In this document: piece by piece, positions 38,047 to 47,234 of the stretch
How the letters are laid out: the number at the start of each line of letters is the position of its first letter
Position numbering within the stretch: position 1 is the first letter of the stretch
DNA from: a virus
Lineage: Duplodnaviria > Caudoviricetes
Length of the DNA: 57,931 bases
IMG/VR virus record: IMGVR_UViG_3300012667_000325
Span: 1 to 57,931 of that record
Reading direction: 5' to 3' (one strand)
Made by a program: the position numbers and the translations under genes
Notes under the pieces: generated by a model
Told to the model about the DNA's origin: nothing
Seen by the model: only the letters and a program-made list of their open reading frames with translations
Databases searched by the model: none

Positions 38047-40537
38047 ACAACGAAACGATGATCTGAAAATGCAACTTCAGGGCGAGAACGTCGAGTACGA
38101 CGAGGCTCCCTCTGATGTTGAAGACACCGAAGACGGTGGCGCGATCATCCGCACCGGTGGTGAGGAAGACAACAAGGTCAAGGCCGCCCACTTTGCCAAC
38201 ATCGTTGACGAAGTAGACCAAGGCGAGCTGAAGGAGTATGTCTCTGACCTGCTCGACAAGATCAGCAAGGACAAGGAAGCACGTGAGAAGCGTGACAAGT
38301 TGTACGAGGAAGGCCTCCGCCGTACTGGCCTAGGTGATGATGCTCCTGGTGGGGCTCAATTCACGGGTGCCAACAAGGTCGTTCACCCGATGCTCGTGGA
38401 AGCCTGCGTGGATTTCTCCGCTCGCGTCATGAAGGAACTCTTTCCACCGTCTGGCCCTGTCAAGAGCAAGATCCTCGGTGAGAAGGAAAAAGAGAAGGTA
38501 GAGCGCGCAGAGCGTAAAGCCGAGTTCATGAACTGGCAGACGACTGAGCAGATGCCTGAGTTCCGTGGCGAGCTTGAGCAGCTGAGCACACAACTGCCGT
38601 TGGGTGGCGCACAGTACATGAAGTACATGTGGAGCGCGCAGCATCGCCGTCCTACGGCTGAGTTCATCGCCATTGATGACATCTACCTGCCGTTTGCCGC
38701 GACCAACTTCTACTCCGCCGAGCGCAAGACCCACGTTCAGTACATCACCGAGTATGAGTACAAGCGCCGTGTTAAGGCCGGTCTCTACATCGACGTGAAC
38801 CTCGGCGCGCCTGACGCCCCCGAGTTCAGCAAGGCCACACAAGCCAACGACAAGATTGAAGGCCGCAAGGACACAGCGTACAACGAAGACGGTCTGCGCA
38901 CCGTGTTTGAGATCTACACGCATATGGACTTTGGTGACGGCCCTGAGCCGTACATCCTCAGCGTTGACAAGTCCAGCTCACAAGCCTTGTCGCTGTACCG
39001 CAACTGGGAAGAAGCCGACCAATGGAAAAACGAGCTCGACTGGATTGTTGAGTTCGGCTTTGTGCCATGGCGCGGCGCTTACCCTATCGGCCTGACTCAC
39101 CTCATCGGTGGCTTGTCAGGTGCCGCTACCGGTGCCCTGCGCGCCCTGCTGGACTCGGCGCACATTCAAAACGTGCCTACGATGCTCAAGCTGAAAGGCG
39201 GCCCTAACGGTCAGACCATCAACGTCCAACCGACCGAGGTCTCTGAGATTGAAGGCGGTGCGCTGATTGACGACATTCGCAAACTCGCGATGCCGATCCC
39301 GTTTCCTGGCCCCTCGCCCACGCTGTTCCAGCTCCTTGGCTTCGTCGTGGACGCCGGCAAGGGTGTCATCCAGACCTCATTTGAGAAACTGAGCGACACT
39401 ACTACCGCGCAGCCGGTCGGCACCACCATGGCGCTGATTGAGCAAGGTATGGTTGTGTTCTCGAGCATCCACTCGCGACTCCACAACTCGATGTCGCGTT
39501 CGTTCAAGATTCTGCACCGCATCAACTCGGCCTATTTGACCGAGGAAGACATTCAGGCGCAGTCTGCCGGACTGGAAATCAGCCCTGCGGACTTTGACGG
39601 CCCGATGGACATCGTCCCCGTCAGCGATCCTTCTATCTTCAGCGAGACCCAACGCTTTGCGCAAGTGCAAGCGATCATGCAGCGTTCCGCCATGGTGCCT
39701 CAGCTTTACGACCAACGTAAAGTGGAGGAGATGTTCCTGCGCAACCTGAAGATCAGCGACGACGATGTGCTGCAACCCAAGGCCGGTAGCGAGGACATTG
39801 ACCCCGTCAGCGAGAACGTGGCCGCCGCTATGGGTCGCCCTGTGTACGTTCTGCCCCGTCAAGAGCATATCGCCCACATGAAGACCCATTTGGCGTTCCT
39901 CAAGTCGCCTTTGTTCGGTCAGAACCCCGCAATCGTCAAGACTTTCCTCTATCCGATGGCGATTCACCTGCGCGACCACCTGTTGAACTACTATCTTGTC
40001 GAGGCTCATGAGGCCGTGGACATCGCACAGCGTAAACACCTGATTCCTGAGGAAGCCGAAGCGCAAATTCAGGTAATTCTGCAAGTTCAAGCCGAAATTG
40101 AGAAGCAATTGGGCAGTTTTGCACAAGAATTGGCGCAAATTGATGAGGCTTCACAGCAATTCAAGCCTCAACCGCCAATGCCACCTGACAGCAGCATGCA
40201 AATTGCTCAACTCAACGCTCAAGTGCAGGGTCAGGCGCTGCAACAACGTGCTCAACTGGACGCCGCCAAGCTCGAAGTGGACAAAGCCAAGTTGCAACTG
40301 GCCGGTCAAGCCGATCAGCAGAAGGTTCAGCTGGACGCTGCCCGTTTGCAGGCCGAAGACGCCCGCGAACAACTGCGCCAGAGCTCCGAAGACCAACGCA
40401 CCGCCATCGAGGTCAAGGCCCGCATGGCTATGAACACAGCCGACAACGACACCGCCATGCGCCTTGCCGCTGCGGAGATCGCCACTGGTGACAAAATCGC
40501 GGTTTCAACTGGAACCGGCATCAACCCCAACCCCTAA
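38039..40537 (+). CDS. Portal protein
   Basis: ~830 aa downstream of terL. HPMLVEAC, GLTHLIGG...ALRALLDSA and PVGTTMALIE motifs, with a Gln-rich coiled-coil C-terminal barrel as in P22-like portals. Confidence 0.88.
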   Translation: MPEQRNDDLKMQLQGENVEYDEAPSDVEDTEDGGAIIRTGGEEDNKVKAAHFANIVDEVDQGELKEYVSDLLDKISKDKEAREKRDKLYEEGLRRTGLGDDAPGGAQFTGANKVVHPMLVEACVDFSARVMKELFPPSGPVKSKILGEKEKEKVERAERKAEFMNWQTTEQMPEFRGELEQLSTQLPLGGAQYMKYMWSAQHRRPTAEFIAIDDIYLPFAATNFYSAERKTHVQYITEYEYKRRVKAGLYIDVNLGAPDAPEFSKATQANDKIEGRKDTAYNEDGLRTVFEIYTHMDFGDGPEPYILSVDKSSSQALSLYRNWEEADQWKNELDWIVEFGFVPWRGAYPIGLTHLIGGLSGAATGALRALLDSAHIQNVPTMLKLKGGPNGQTINVQPTEVSEIEGGALIDDIRKLAMPIPFPGPSPTLFQLLGFVVDAGKGVIQTSFEKLSDTTTAQPVGTTMALIEQGMVVFSSIHSRLHNSMSRSFKILHRINSAYLTEEDIQAQSAGLEISPADFDGPMDIVPVSDPSIFSETQRFAQVQAIMQRSAMVPQLYDQRKVEEMFLRNLKISDDDVLQPKAGSEDIDPVSENVAAAMGRPVYVLPRQEHIAHMKTHLAFLKSPLFGQNPAIVKTFLYPMAIHLRDHLLNYYLVEAHEAVDIAQRKHLIPEEAEAQIQVILQVQAEIEKQLGSFAQELAQIDEASQQFKPQPPMPPDSSMQIAQLNAQVQGQALQQRAQLDAAKLEVDKAKLQLAGQADQQKVQLDAARLQAEDAREQLRQSSEDQRTAIEVKARMAMNTADNDTAMRLAAAEIATGDKIAVSTGTGINPNP

Positions 40538-40548
40538 GGAGAAGCTAA

Positions 40549-40686
40549 ATGGCTGACAAACCTACAACTGGCACAGTGCCAATGAACAACGCTGCCGTCA
40601 AGCAGCATCACCGCATGGCAGCTGGCGTCCCCGTGACCGGCCAGACTACCCCTTCCGCTCCTGCTGAGAAGAAGACGCCTGCGTGA
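40549..40686 (+). CDS. Small hypothetical protein (not in ORF track)
   Basis: 45 aa, MADKPTTG...QHHRMAAG, with a TAAGGAG RBS. Confidence 0.6.
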   Translation: MADKPTTGTVPMNNAAVKQHHRMAAGVPVTGQTTPSAPAEKKTPA

Positions 40687-40880
40687 GTATAGAAGCTCAA
40701 CTGCTTAACAACCTCAAAGTTAAGCAGGCTGACTTTGCGCTCCAAGCGCTAAAGCAACCCCAAAATCGCGATACTTTTGAGTACGGGTATCGCGTCGGTG
40801 TCGTAGCTGGTTACGAGGCCGCCATCAACGTACTTCTTGCAATTCTCGATGAGGAGAGAAATAGTGACAGAGATTTATGA
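40683..40880 (+). CDS. Small head-module protein
   Basis: FEYGYRVGVVAGY motif; lies between portal and the GroES-like gene. Confidence 0.65.
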   Translation: MSIEAQLLNNLKVKQADFALQALKQPQNRDTFEYGYRVGVVAGYEAAINVLLAILDEERNSDRDL

Positions 40881-41271
40881 GAACGCCATGAAAGAGGCTT
40901 TTCCAGCAGTAGATGCTGGAGTGCAGCCTTTCGGTAGCCGTGTTCTGGTACAGATCCGCACACCAAAGCAAACCACCGCCTCGGGCATCATTATCGACAC
41001 TGGGTCGCGTGATACTGAGAAGTGGAACACACAAGTGGCCAAAGTCATCCAACACGGCCCCGTTGCTTACCGCAATCGTAACAACTTGGAACCATGGCCC
41101 GAAGGCTCATGGGCTCATCCAGGCGACTACGTGCGCGTCCCTAAGTACGGCGGTGACCGTTGGGAAGTTCCACTGGAGAACGGCGAATCCGCGCTGTTCG
41201 TGATTTTTAACGATTTGGATATCATCGGTAAGGTCGAGGGCGACCCGCTGGCTATCCGAGCATTCATCTGA
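40864..41271 (+). CDS. groES: GroES-like co-chaperonin
   Basis: QPFGSRVLV, TASGIII mobile loop, AKVIQHGP, GDYVRVPKYGG and DIIG. Probable GTG start after GAGGAG. Confidence 0.82.
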   Translation: MTEIYENAMKEAFPAVDAGVQPFGSRVLVQIRTPKQTTASGIIIDTGSRDTEKWNTQVAKVIQHGPVAYRNRNNLEPWPEGSWAHPGDYVRVPKYGGDRWEVPLENGESALFVIFNDLDIIGKVEGDPLAIRAFI

Positions 41272-41286
41272 TAAAGGAGATGAGCC

Positions 41287-42273
41287 ATGGCTGAAGTGTT
41301 AAAAGAAGACGACGACAAGTTGCACGATGAAGAGATCGTGATTGTTGAAGAGGATCCTGCTAAGAAAGCAGAGGAAGACGCCAAGGCAGCTAAGGCCGCC
41401 GAAGACGATCACGACGAAGAAGACGAACGCAGCACCAAAGCTGCCGACGACGAAGAAAAGAACGCCTCTGACGACGAACGCGAAGCAATCCGCGAGCGCC
41501 GCCGTCTTGAAAAGCTCGAGCGCAAAGAGCGCCGCGAGAAGGCCATCACCCGTGACAAGGTGGAGTTGGAGTTCCTGCGCAAGCGTAACGACGACCTAGA
41601 GCGCCGCTTTAGCACCATTGAGCAACGCACTTTTCAAGCCGACTTGAACAGCTACGACCAGCAAATTGCTGCCGCTCGTAACGAAGCTGAGATGGCGGAG
41701 CGTGTAATTGCCAAGGCGGTTGAAGTCGGCAACGGTGCTGATGTGACTCAGGCTATGAAGTACCGCGACGAGGCACTGGCCAAGGCCAACCAACTCGCCT
41801 ACGCTAAGAACCAAGCCGCTCAACAACGCCCCGCCGCCCCGCAAGACGGTGGTATGGACGATCGCGTCATGTTGCATGCGCGTGAGTTCTTGGACGAAAA
41901 CAAATGGTACGACCCCCAAGGCCGTAACGAAGACTCAGCCATCGTGCTCGCCATTGACCAAGGTCTTGTGCGTGACGGCTACGACCCTAAGACCGAACAG
42001 TACTGGGAAGAACTGCGCAACCGCGCTGCTCGTCGCCTGCCTGAACGATTCAAGGGTGAAGCCAAGGCTGAGCAGAAGGAAGAGCGCGTAGCGCGCGGTG
42101 GTCCTGGTATCGGCTCAGGCCGTGAACACGCCCCCACTTCCACTCGTAAAGAGGTTTATGTGAGTCCTGAGCGTAAGCAGGCATTGATCGAGGCTGGTGT
42201 GTGGGACGACCCCGTCCTGCGCATGAAGTACGTCAAGCGTTACGCTGAATACGACCGCACAAACCGTGCTTGA
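41287..42273 (+). CDS. Capsid scaffolding protein
   Basis: Acidic N-terminus, long coiled coil and position upstream of the capsid genes. Confidence 0.72.
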   Translation: MAEVLKEDDDKLHDEEIVIVEEDPAKKAEEDAKAAKAAEDDHDEEDERSTKAADDEEKNASDDEREAIRERRRLEKLERKERREKAITRDKVELEFLRKRNDDLERRFSTIEQRTFQADLNSYDQQIAAARNEAEMAERVIAKAVEVGNGADVTQAMKYRDEALAKANQLAYAKNQAAQQRPAAPQDGGMDDRVMLHAREFLDENKWYDPQGRNEDSAIVLAIDQGLVRDGYDPKTEQYWEELRNRAARRLPERFKGEAKAEQKEERVARGGPGIGSGREHAPTSTRKEVYVSPERKQALIEAGVWDDPVLRMKYVKRYAEYDRTNRA

Positions 42274-42331
42274 ATTGCCTTCCGCGCAATTCACGCCTAA
42301 AATTTAAATCAATCGCTGAAAGGAGCGAGTA

Positions 42332-42862
42332 ATGTCCGACGAACGCTTAAAGAAATCCGCTGGTGATAACCGCACAGTCCGTGAGATGGAAGATCGCACA
42401 AAAACTGAAAACCGCGAGTTGTCCGATGATGAGCGAGTTGAAATGTTCCGTCAACAGTTTTTTCAGTCTTCATTGCCTGATTTACCGAAAATCGCTGGCT
42501 GGCACACGTGCTGGCTGACAACGACTAACCCCCGCGACTCTATCCAGATGCGCATCCGCTTGGGCTATCAGCCCATCAAGCCAGAAGACGTTCCTGGCTG
42601 GGAATACGCAACCATTAAAACCGGTGACTGGAACGGGTTTGTAGGTGTTAACGAGATGCTAGCGTTTAAGCTGCCGATGTCATTGTACGAAAAGTACATG
42701 AGGGAAGCACACCATGACGCCCCGTTGCGTGAGGAAGAAAAACTCACTGACACGGCGGAGTTCATGGAACAAAGCGCACGAGCTTCTAAGTCGAAGATCA
42801 CCATGGGCGACGGTAATTTGGAAATTGGACAAAAGCGGGACGCTCAGTTTGATCTGTCCTGA
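42332..42862 (+). CDS. Conserved head-module protein
   Basis: 176 aa with an AAGGAG RBS, between scaffold and capsid genes. Confidence 0.65.
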   Translation: MSDERLKKSAGDNRTVREMEDRTKTENRELSDDERVEMFRQQFFQSSLPDLPKIAGWHTCWLTTTNPRDSIQMRIRLGYQPIKPEDVPGWEYATIKTGDWNGFVGVNEMLAFKLPMSLYEKYMREAHHDAPLREEEKLTDTAEFMEQSARASKSKITMGDGNLEIGQKRDAQFDLS

Positions 42863-42902
42863 CGCAATTTTTTAATTCATTCAACCTTAAGGAGCTGAGC
42901 TA

Positions 42903-43502
42903 ATGTCTTCGACTAGCGCACCTTTCGGCTTCCGTGCTTCTTTCCACAACAGTGGTCAGATCCGCGCGAAAGCCTATACCGTTGCAACCGGTTATGCTGC
43001 AAACATCTTCTCGGGCGACCCCGTGAAGCTCACTAACGATGGCGTCATCGAATTGGGTACCTCTGACGGTACTCGTTCAGGCACTGTTGACGGTATCACT
43101 CTGCTCGGCATTTTTGCCGGCTGCCAATACGATGACGCATCGGGCAAGCCTACCATTTCGCCTTTCTGGCCAACTGGTACAACTGCTACGAACATCACCG
43201 CTTGGGTTTATGATGATCCTGAGACTTTGTTCGACGTGCAATACACCAATCCAGGTACAGCCGGTGTCACCAGCATGCAAAGCGCCGTAGGCGAAGAGTG
43301 TGACTGGACTGTGGCCTCTCCTGGCGGCAGCACACGTACTGGCTTGTCCAGCACTCAGCTCACAGCTATTCAGTCGACTTCTGGCCAGTTCCAGATCACC
43401 GGCTTTGGCTATGAAATCAACGACTCAATCACCGATGCTTATGCTGTTGTGACCGTTCGTATCAACGAACACGCATACAAAGCTGCGGTTAACTCTATCT
43501 AA
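42903..43502 (+). CDS. Capsid decoration / cement protein
   Basis: APFGFR, IFSGDPV, GIFAGC and VYDDP motifs; immediately upstream of the major capsid gene. Confidence 0.65.
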   Translation: MSSTSAPFGFRASFHNSGQIRAKAYTVATGYAANIFSGDPVKLTNDGVIELGTSDGTRSGTVDGITLLGIFAGCQYDDASGKPTISPFWPTGTTATNITAWVYDDPETLFDVQYTNPGTAGVTSMQSAVGEECDWTVASPGGSTRTGLSSTQLTAIQSTSGQFQITGFGYEINDSITDAYAVVTVRINEHAYKAAVNSI

Positions 43503-43515
43503 GGAGGGTTAGACA

Positions 43516-44430
43516 ATGGCAACCCCTATGCGCAGTACGGACTTCCGTTCCGTAGTCGAACCAATCATGAACGAAGTCTTCGACGGCGTTTATGACCAAC
43601 GTGCCGACGAATGGAAAATGGTTTTCCGTGAACAAAAAGGCATTCCACGTAACTACCACGAAGAACCCGTCTTGTACGGTTTCGGTGCAGCTCCTGAGTT
43701 GCCAGACGGTATGGCCGTGACTTACCAATCCGGTGGTGTGTTGTTCTTGCAACGCTACTTGTACAAAGTGTACGGCCTCGCCTTCGCTTTGACAAAAGTG
43801 TTGGTTGAGGACGGCGACCATATCCGTATTGGTCAAACCTACGCCAAGCACTTGGCTCAATCTCTGATTGAGACTAAAGAGACTTTGGCCGCTAACATCT
43901 TGAACCGCGCATTTAACGGTTCTTATGCTGGTGGTGACGGCGTGGCCTTGGTGAGCGATAGCCACCCAATCGTGAACGGCACATTCAGCAACCAGCTCAC
44001 TACTGCTGCTGCATTGTCGCAAACTTCATTGGAGCAAATGCTCATCCAGATCCGCAACGCTGTTGACAACAACGGTAAGCGTATCCGTTTGACACCTAAG
44101 AAGATCGTTTCTGGTCCTTCCAACGTGTTCCAAGCCGAAGTGTTGTTGAAGTCTGTGCTGCGTGCTGGCACTGCTGACAACGACATCAACCCAGTTAAGT
44201 CCATGGGCTTGCTGGCTGACGGTCAAGCCAACTTGTCTCGTATCACTTCTACTACCGCTTGGTGGGTGCAAACCGATGCACCAGACGGCTTGAAGTTGTT
44301 GATGCGTCGCGGTTTGGAAAAGTCTATGGAAGGTGACTTCGAGACTGACTCCATGCGCTACAAGGCAACTGAGCGTTATGTGGTGGGTTGGACTGACCCA
44401 CGTGGCGTGTACGGTACCGCTGGTATCTAA
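43516..44430 (+). CDS. Major capsid protein
   Basis: 304 aa with strongly biased codons and a TAAGGAGG RBS. ANILNRAF, GDGVAL...HP and YKATERY...WTDPRG motifs; followed by a terminator. Confidence 0.88.
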   Translation: MATPMRSTDFRSVVEPIMNEVFDGVYDQRADEWKMVFREQKGIPRNYHEEPVLYGFGAAPELPDGMAVTYQSGGVLFLQRYLYKVYGLAFALTKVLVEDGDHIRIGQTYAKHLAQSLIETKETLAANILNRAFNGSYAGGDGVALVSDSHPIVNGTFSNQLTTAAALSQTSLEQMLIQIRNAVDNNGKRIRLTPKKIVSGPSNVFQAEVLLKSVLRAGTADNDINPVKSMGLLADGQANLSRITSTTAWWVQTDAPDGLKLLMRRGLEKSMEGDFETDSMRYKATERYVVGWTDPRGVYGTAGI

Positions 44431-44443
44431 TCACCCTCAGAAG

Positions 44444-44475
44444 AACCCCTGCTGGGAAACTGGCGGGGGTTTTTC
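44444..44475 (+). terminator. Rho-independent terminator after the major capsid gene
   Basis: AACCCCTGCTGG-GAAA-CTGGCGGGGGTT stem-loop ending in a T run. Confidence 0.8.
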
Positions 44476-44479
44476 CCTT

Positions 44480-44565
44480 GGGGTTCCCCCGATACGTTCG
44501 ACAGCGAGCTAACCCCGCGCTGACGACATGCAGACAAACGTATCATTAATTCTCGCATGTGAGGA
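44480..44565 (+). ncRNA. Candidate double-pseudoknot structured RNA
   Basis: Four complementary pairings identified by eye (detailed in findings); family not recognised. Confidence 0.45.
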
Positions 44566-44573
44566 AACAAACA

Positions 44574-45002
44574 ATGTCTACTACCTTCTCCGGCCCAGTC
44601 GTATCTTTGAACGGCTTCCAAGGCACTTTCACCGGCAACATCGTCGGTAACGTCACAGGCAACGTGACCGGTAACGTCACAGGTGACGTGACTGGCAAAT
44701 TGGTTGGCCAAACTCAAAACAACTACCAAAACCTGTCAGGCGCTGGCGCTGCCAACTTGACAACCGGCGTGACTTTCTGTACGTCTACCGGCGCAGGTCA
44801 AGTGGTTACACTCGCTAACGGCACAGCCGGTCAAGCGGGCTTGGTCAAGACCTTTGTGCACGTGACTGACGGCGGCAGCGTGGTCATCACTCCTGCTACG
44901 GCTTCTGGTTTCACAACTGAGACCTTGGCAGCCGTGGGTGACTCGGTCACCATGATGTTCACCGGCTCTGCTTGGGTCGTGTTGAGCAAAAACATCGCCT
45001 AA
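44574..45002 (+). CDS. Virion protein with GNVT repeats (head fibre-like)
   Basis: MSTTFSGPV N-terminus and a TGNIVGNVTGNVTGNVTGDVTG repeat. Confidence 0.65.
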   Translation: MSTTFSGPVVSLNGFQGTFTGNIVGNVTGNVTGNVTGDVTGKLVGQTQNNYQNLSGAGAANLTTGVTFCTSTGAGQVVTLANGTAGQAGLVKTFVHVTDGGSVVITPATASGFTTETLAAVGDSVTMMFTGSAWVVLSKNIA

Positions 45003-45064
45003 TAAGGGCGGTTTTATTAACGGGTGGCGGGGCTAGTCCCTGCCCGTTTTAATAGGAGCCTATC

Positions 45065-45475
45065 ATGGCTGACGCAGTAAGCACACAAGTGATCATGGAC
45101 GGCGAACGTCTGTACATCGCAAAATTCACTAACGTCTCTGACGGTACTGGCGAGAGCGCAGTCACCAAAGTGGACGTCTCAACCCTGAACCGTAACTCGT
45201 TCAACCTCGCCTGCAACGGCGTTAAGCTCAACAAGATTTGGGCTCAAACCGACGGCATGGGCGTTACTATCCTGTGGGACGCTACTACCGATGTAGTCTG
45301 CGAGACTGTACCTGCTAACGTCATGTACACCGCGAGCTACAACGACTTCGGCGGCATCAGCAACAACGCTGGCACCGGTAAGAACGGTGACGTGTTGTTC
45401 ACCACCGTGGGCGCAACCGCCGGTGACCGTTATACGATCATCCTCGAATTCATCAAAACATACGCAGCCGCTTAA
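45065..45475 (+). CDS. Virion structural protein
   Basis: MADAVSTQ...FTNVSDGTGESAVTKVDVS; AGGAG RBS. Confidence 0.65.
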   Translation: MADAVSTQVIMDGERLYIAKFTNVSDGTGESAVTKVDVSTLNRNSFNLACNGVKLNKIWAQTDGMGVTILWDATTDVVCETVPANVMYTASYNDFGGISNNAGTGKNGDVLFTTVGATAGDRYTIILEFIKTYAAA

Positions 45476-45486
45476 GGAGCACCAAC

Positions 45487-45861
45487 ATGACAGTCGGTAA
45501 AGTTAAAGACTTCAATTTCAGCTCCGCCGGTAAGACGGTCGGCCTGTGCAAAGGTGGTATGGTCAAGGGTTACGCCCAAGGCGGTGCTGTGGGTAAAGAG
45601 GCCGCCAAGGTCGCAGTCCACAAGCACGAAAAAGCCATGCACAAAGGCGAACCTATGACCGCACTCGCCAAGGGCGGTAAAGTCATGCCTAAGCGCGAGA
45701 CTATGATGAAGCGCGAAACTACTCAGACTCCAACCATGGAACGCCAAGCGATCATGGAAGAAGCCGTGGTTCGCTCCCCTGCTCGTCGCGCCGTGCCCGT
45801 TGCCTCCCGTGAGCCAATGATCGCCATGAAAAAAGGCGGCATGGCGGGTAAAAAGTGCTAA
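45487..45861 (+). CDS. Small basic protein with repeated xKGG/AxGG motifs
   Basis: LCKGGMV, YAQGGAV, LAKGGKV, MKKGGMA and VHKHEKAMH. Confidence 0.7.
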   Translation: MTVGKVKDFNFSSAGKTVGLCKGGMVKGYAQGGAVGKEAAKVAVHKHEKAMHKGEPMTALAKGGKVMPKRETMMKRETTQTPTMERQAIMEEAVVRSPARRAVPVASREPMIAMKKGGMAGKKC

Positions 45862-45943
45862 TTCACGCTTCTTGAACTAAAATTTTTGTCATTGTAGGGC
45901 GCGCTGTACCGGCGGCCATCTGACCACCCCTCTCGGAGTTAGT

Positions 45944-46924
45944 ATGGCCTTTTCCGGCAACGTGAGCGTAGCAACTTTTAACGCCCTGAAGGTAGTAGAT
46001 CACGCCTTCAGGCGTTGTCGCCTGCCTGCTCAGGCAATCAGTGGCGAGATGCAGCAATATGCTCTCGAGTCGCTGTCACTTTTCCTGTCAGACCTTGCTA
46101 ACGTCAAGACCCCGAGCTGGTGTATTGATAAGCTGATTCTGCCGTTCTACGAGAACCAACCGATTGTTGAGCTTCCCGTAGGTACGGTTGAGGTGCTGAA
46201 CGCTAACTACCGTGTGTTGCAGCTGCTTGATGGCACTGTCACTTTCACCGGTACAAACTACACCGTAGGCTTTGAAGACCAAACCGTGGTCACTACCGTG
46301 GGTGTGAAGTGGTCTGCGGCCTCGGTGCCGTTGACTTTCCAAGTCTCCACTGACGGCGTGGCTTGGACTACCGTAGGTAGCTCGGCAGCCATTGCTTCGG
46401 CTGGCGAAATCACTTGGACAGACATCTCGGCGGCCCTCGCCTACAACTTCTTCCGTATCACGTCTACGAGTACGATTAACGCCAGTGACGTCACCCTCGG
46501 CAACATGCCGCAGGAGATCCCGTTCGGCGTGTTGAACCGTGACACGTACGTGAACCAGAGCAACAAGGTGTTCCCAGGACGCCCCAACAGTTTCTGGTTC
46601 CAACGCGACATCCCGCAGCCGGTCATGCATATTTGGCCCGCGCCGTTTGTTGCTGCCGAGCAGGCTCAACTCATCGTGTGGCGTCACCGCCATATCATGG
46701 ACACTGAGAACCTGCACCAAGACGTCGAGATTCCTCAACGCTGGCTGACTGCGATTGTGGACGGCCTCGCTGCCAAGGTCGCCGCCGAGACCCCTTCGGT
46801 TGACATCAACCTGATCCCCATGTTGGAGCAAAAAGCCACCATGTCGGTTCAGCGCGCGTGGGACGGCGACAACGACGGCTCGCCGATTTACATCAATCCT
46901 GGTATCGGATGCTACACTAAATGA
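45944..46924 (+). CDS. Head-tail connector / adaptor with inserted beta-sandwich
   Basis: Helical N- and C-termini (AFRRC, GRPNSFW, EIPQRW) flank a discoidin-like segment (FQVSTDGVAWTTV). Confidence 0.6.
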   Translation: MAFSGNVSVATFNALKVVDHAFRRCRLPAQAISGEMQQYALESLSLFLSDLANVKTPSWCIDKLILPFYENQPIVELPVGTVEVLNANYRVLQLLDGTVTFTGTNYTVGFEDQTVVTTVGVKWSAASVPLTFQVSTDGVAWTTVGSSAAIASAGEITWTDISAALAYNFFRITSTSTINASDVTLGNMPQEIPFGVLNRDTYVNQSNKVFPGRPNSFWFQRDIPQPVMHIWPAPFVAAEQAQLIVWRHRHIMDTENLHQDVEIPQRWLTAIVDGLAAKVAAETPSVDINLIPMLEQKATMSVQRAWDGDNDGSPIYINPGIGCYTK

Positions 46925-47229
46925 GCATCTACATCGACCCCACTGGCGAACCCACGTACGGAATCGGCATCTGTGGTCGTTGCTCGCGCAAAATGCGCTT
47001 GGCGGAACTCTTTTCAGACCCGAACTCTCCTGGACTCAAGGTCTGCAAAGAGGACTTGGACGACTACGACCCTTACCGCCTTGCCCCCCGCCGTGAGGAT
47101 CAAATCGTGCTGCCGTTCACACGCCCAGACACTCCGATCAACACTGAACCCACCGGCGTCATCACACAAGACGGTACCGACTTTATCATCACTGAAGATG
47201 GTCAACGGTTCCTCTACATAATTGATTGA
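46921..47229 (+). CDS. Small Cys-containing virion protein
   Basis: GICGRC...GLKVC...D.YDP motif. Confidence 0.65.
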   Translation: MSIYIDPTGEPTYGIGICGRCSRKMRLAELFSDPNSPGLKVCKEDLDDYDPYRLAPRREDQIVLPFTRPDTPINTEPTGVITQDGTDFIITEDGQRFLYIID

Positions 47230-47234
47230 GCAGT

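Noticed and set aside
44520-44545. Hammerhead ribozyme (CUGACGA core) or fluoride riboswitch
   Set aside because: No stem II followed by GAAA, and no GAUGG-type 5' element. Kept only as an unassigned structured RNA.
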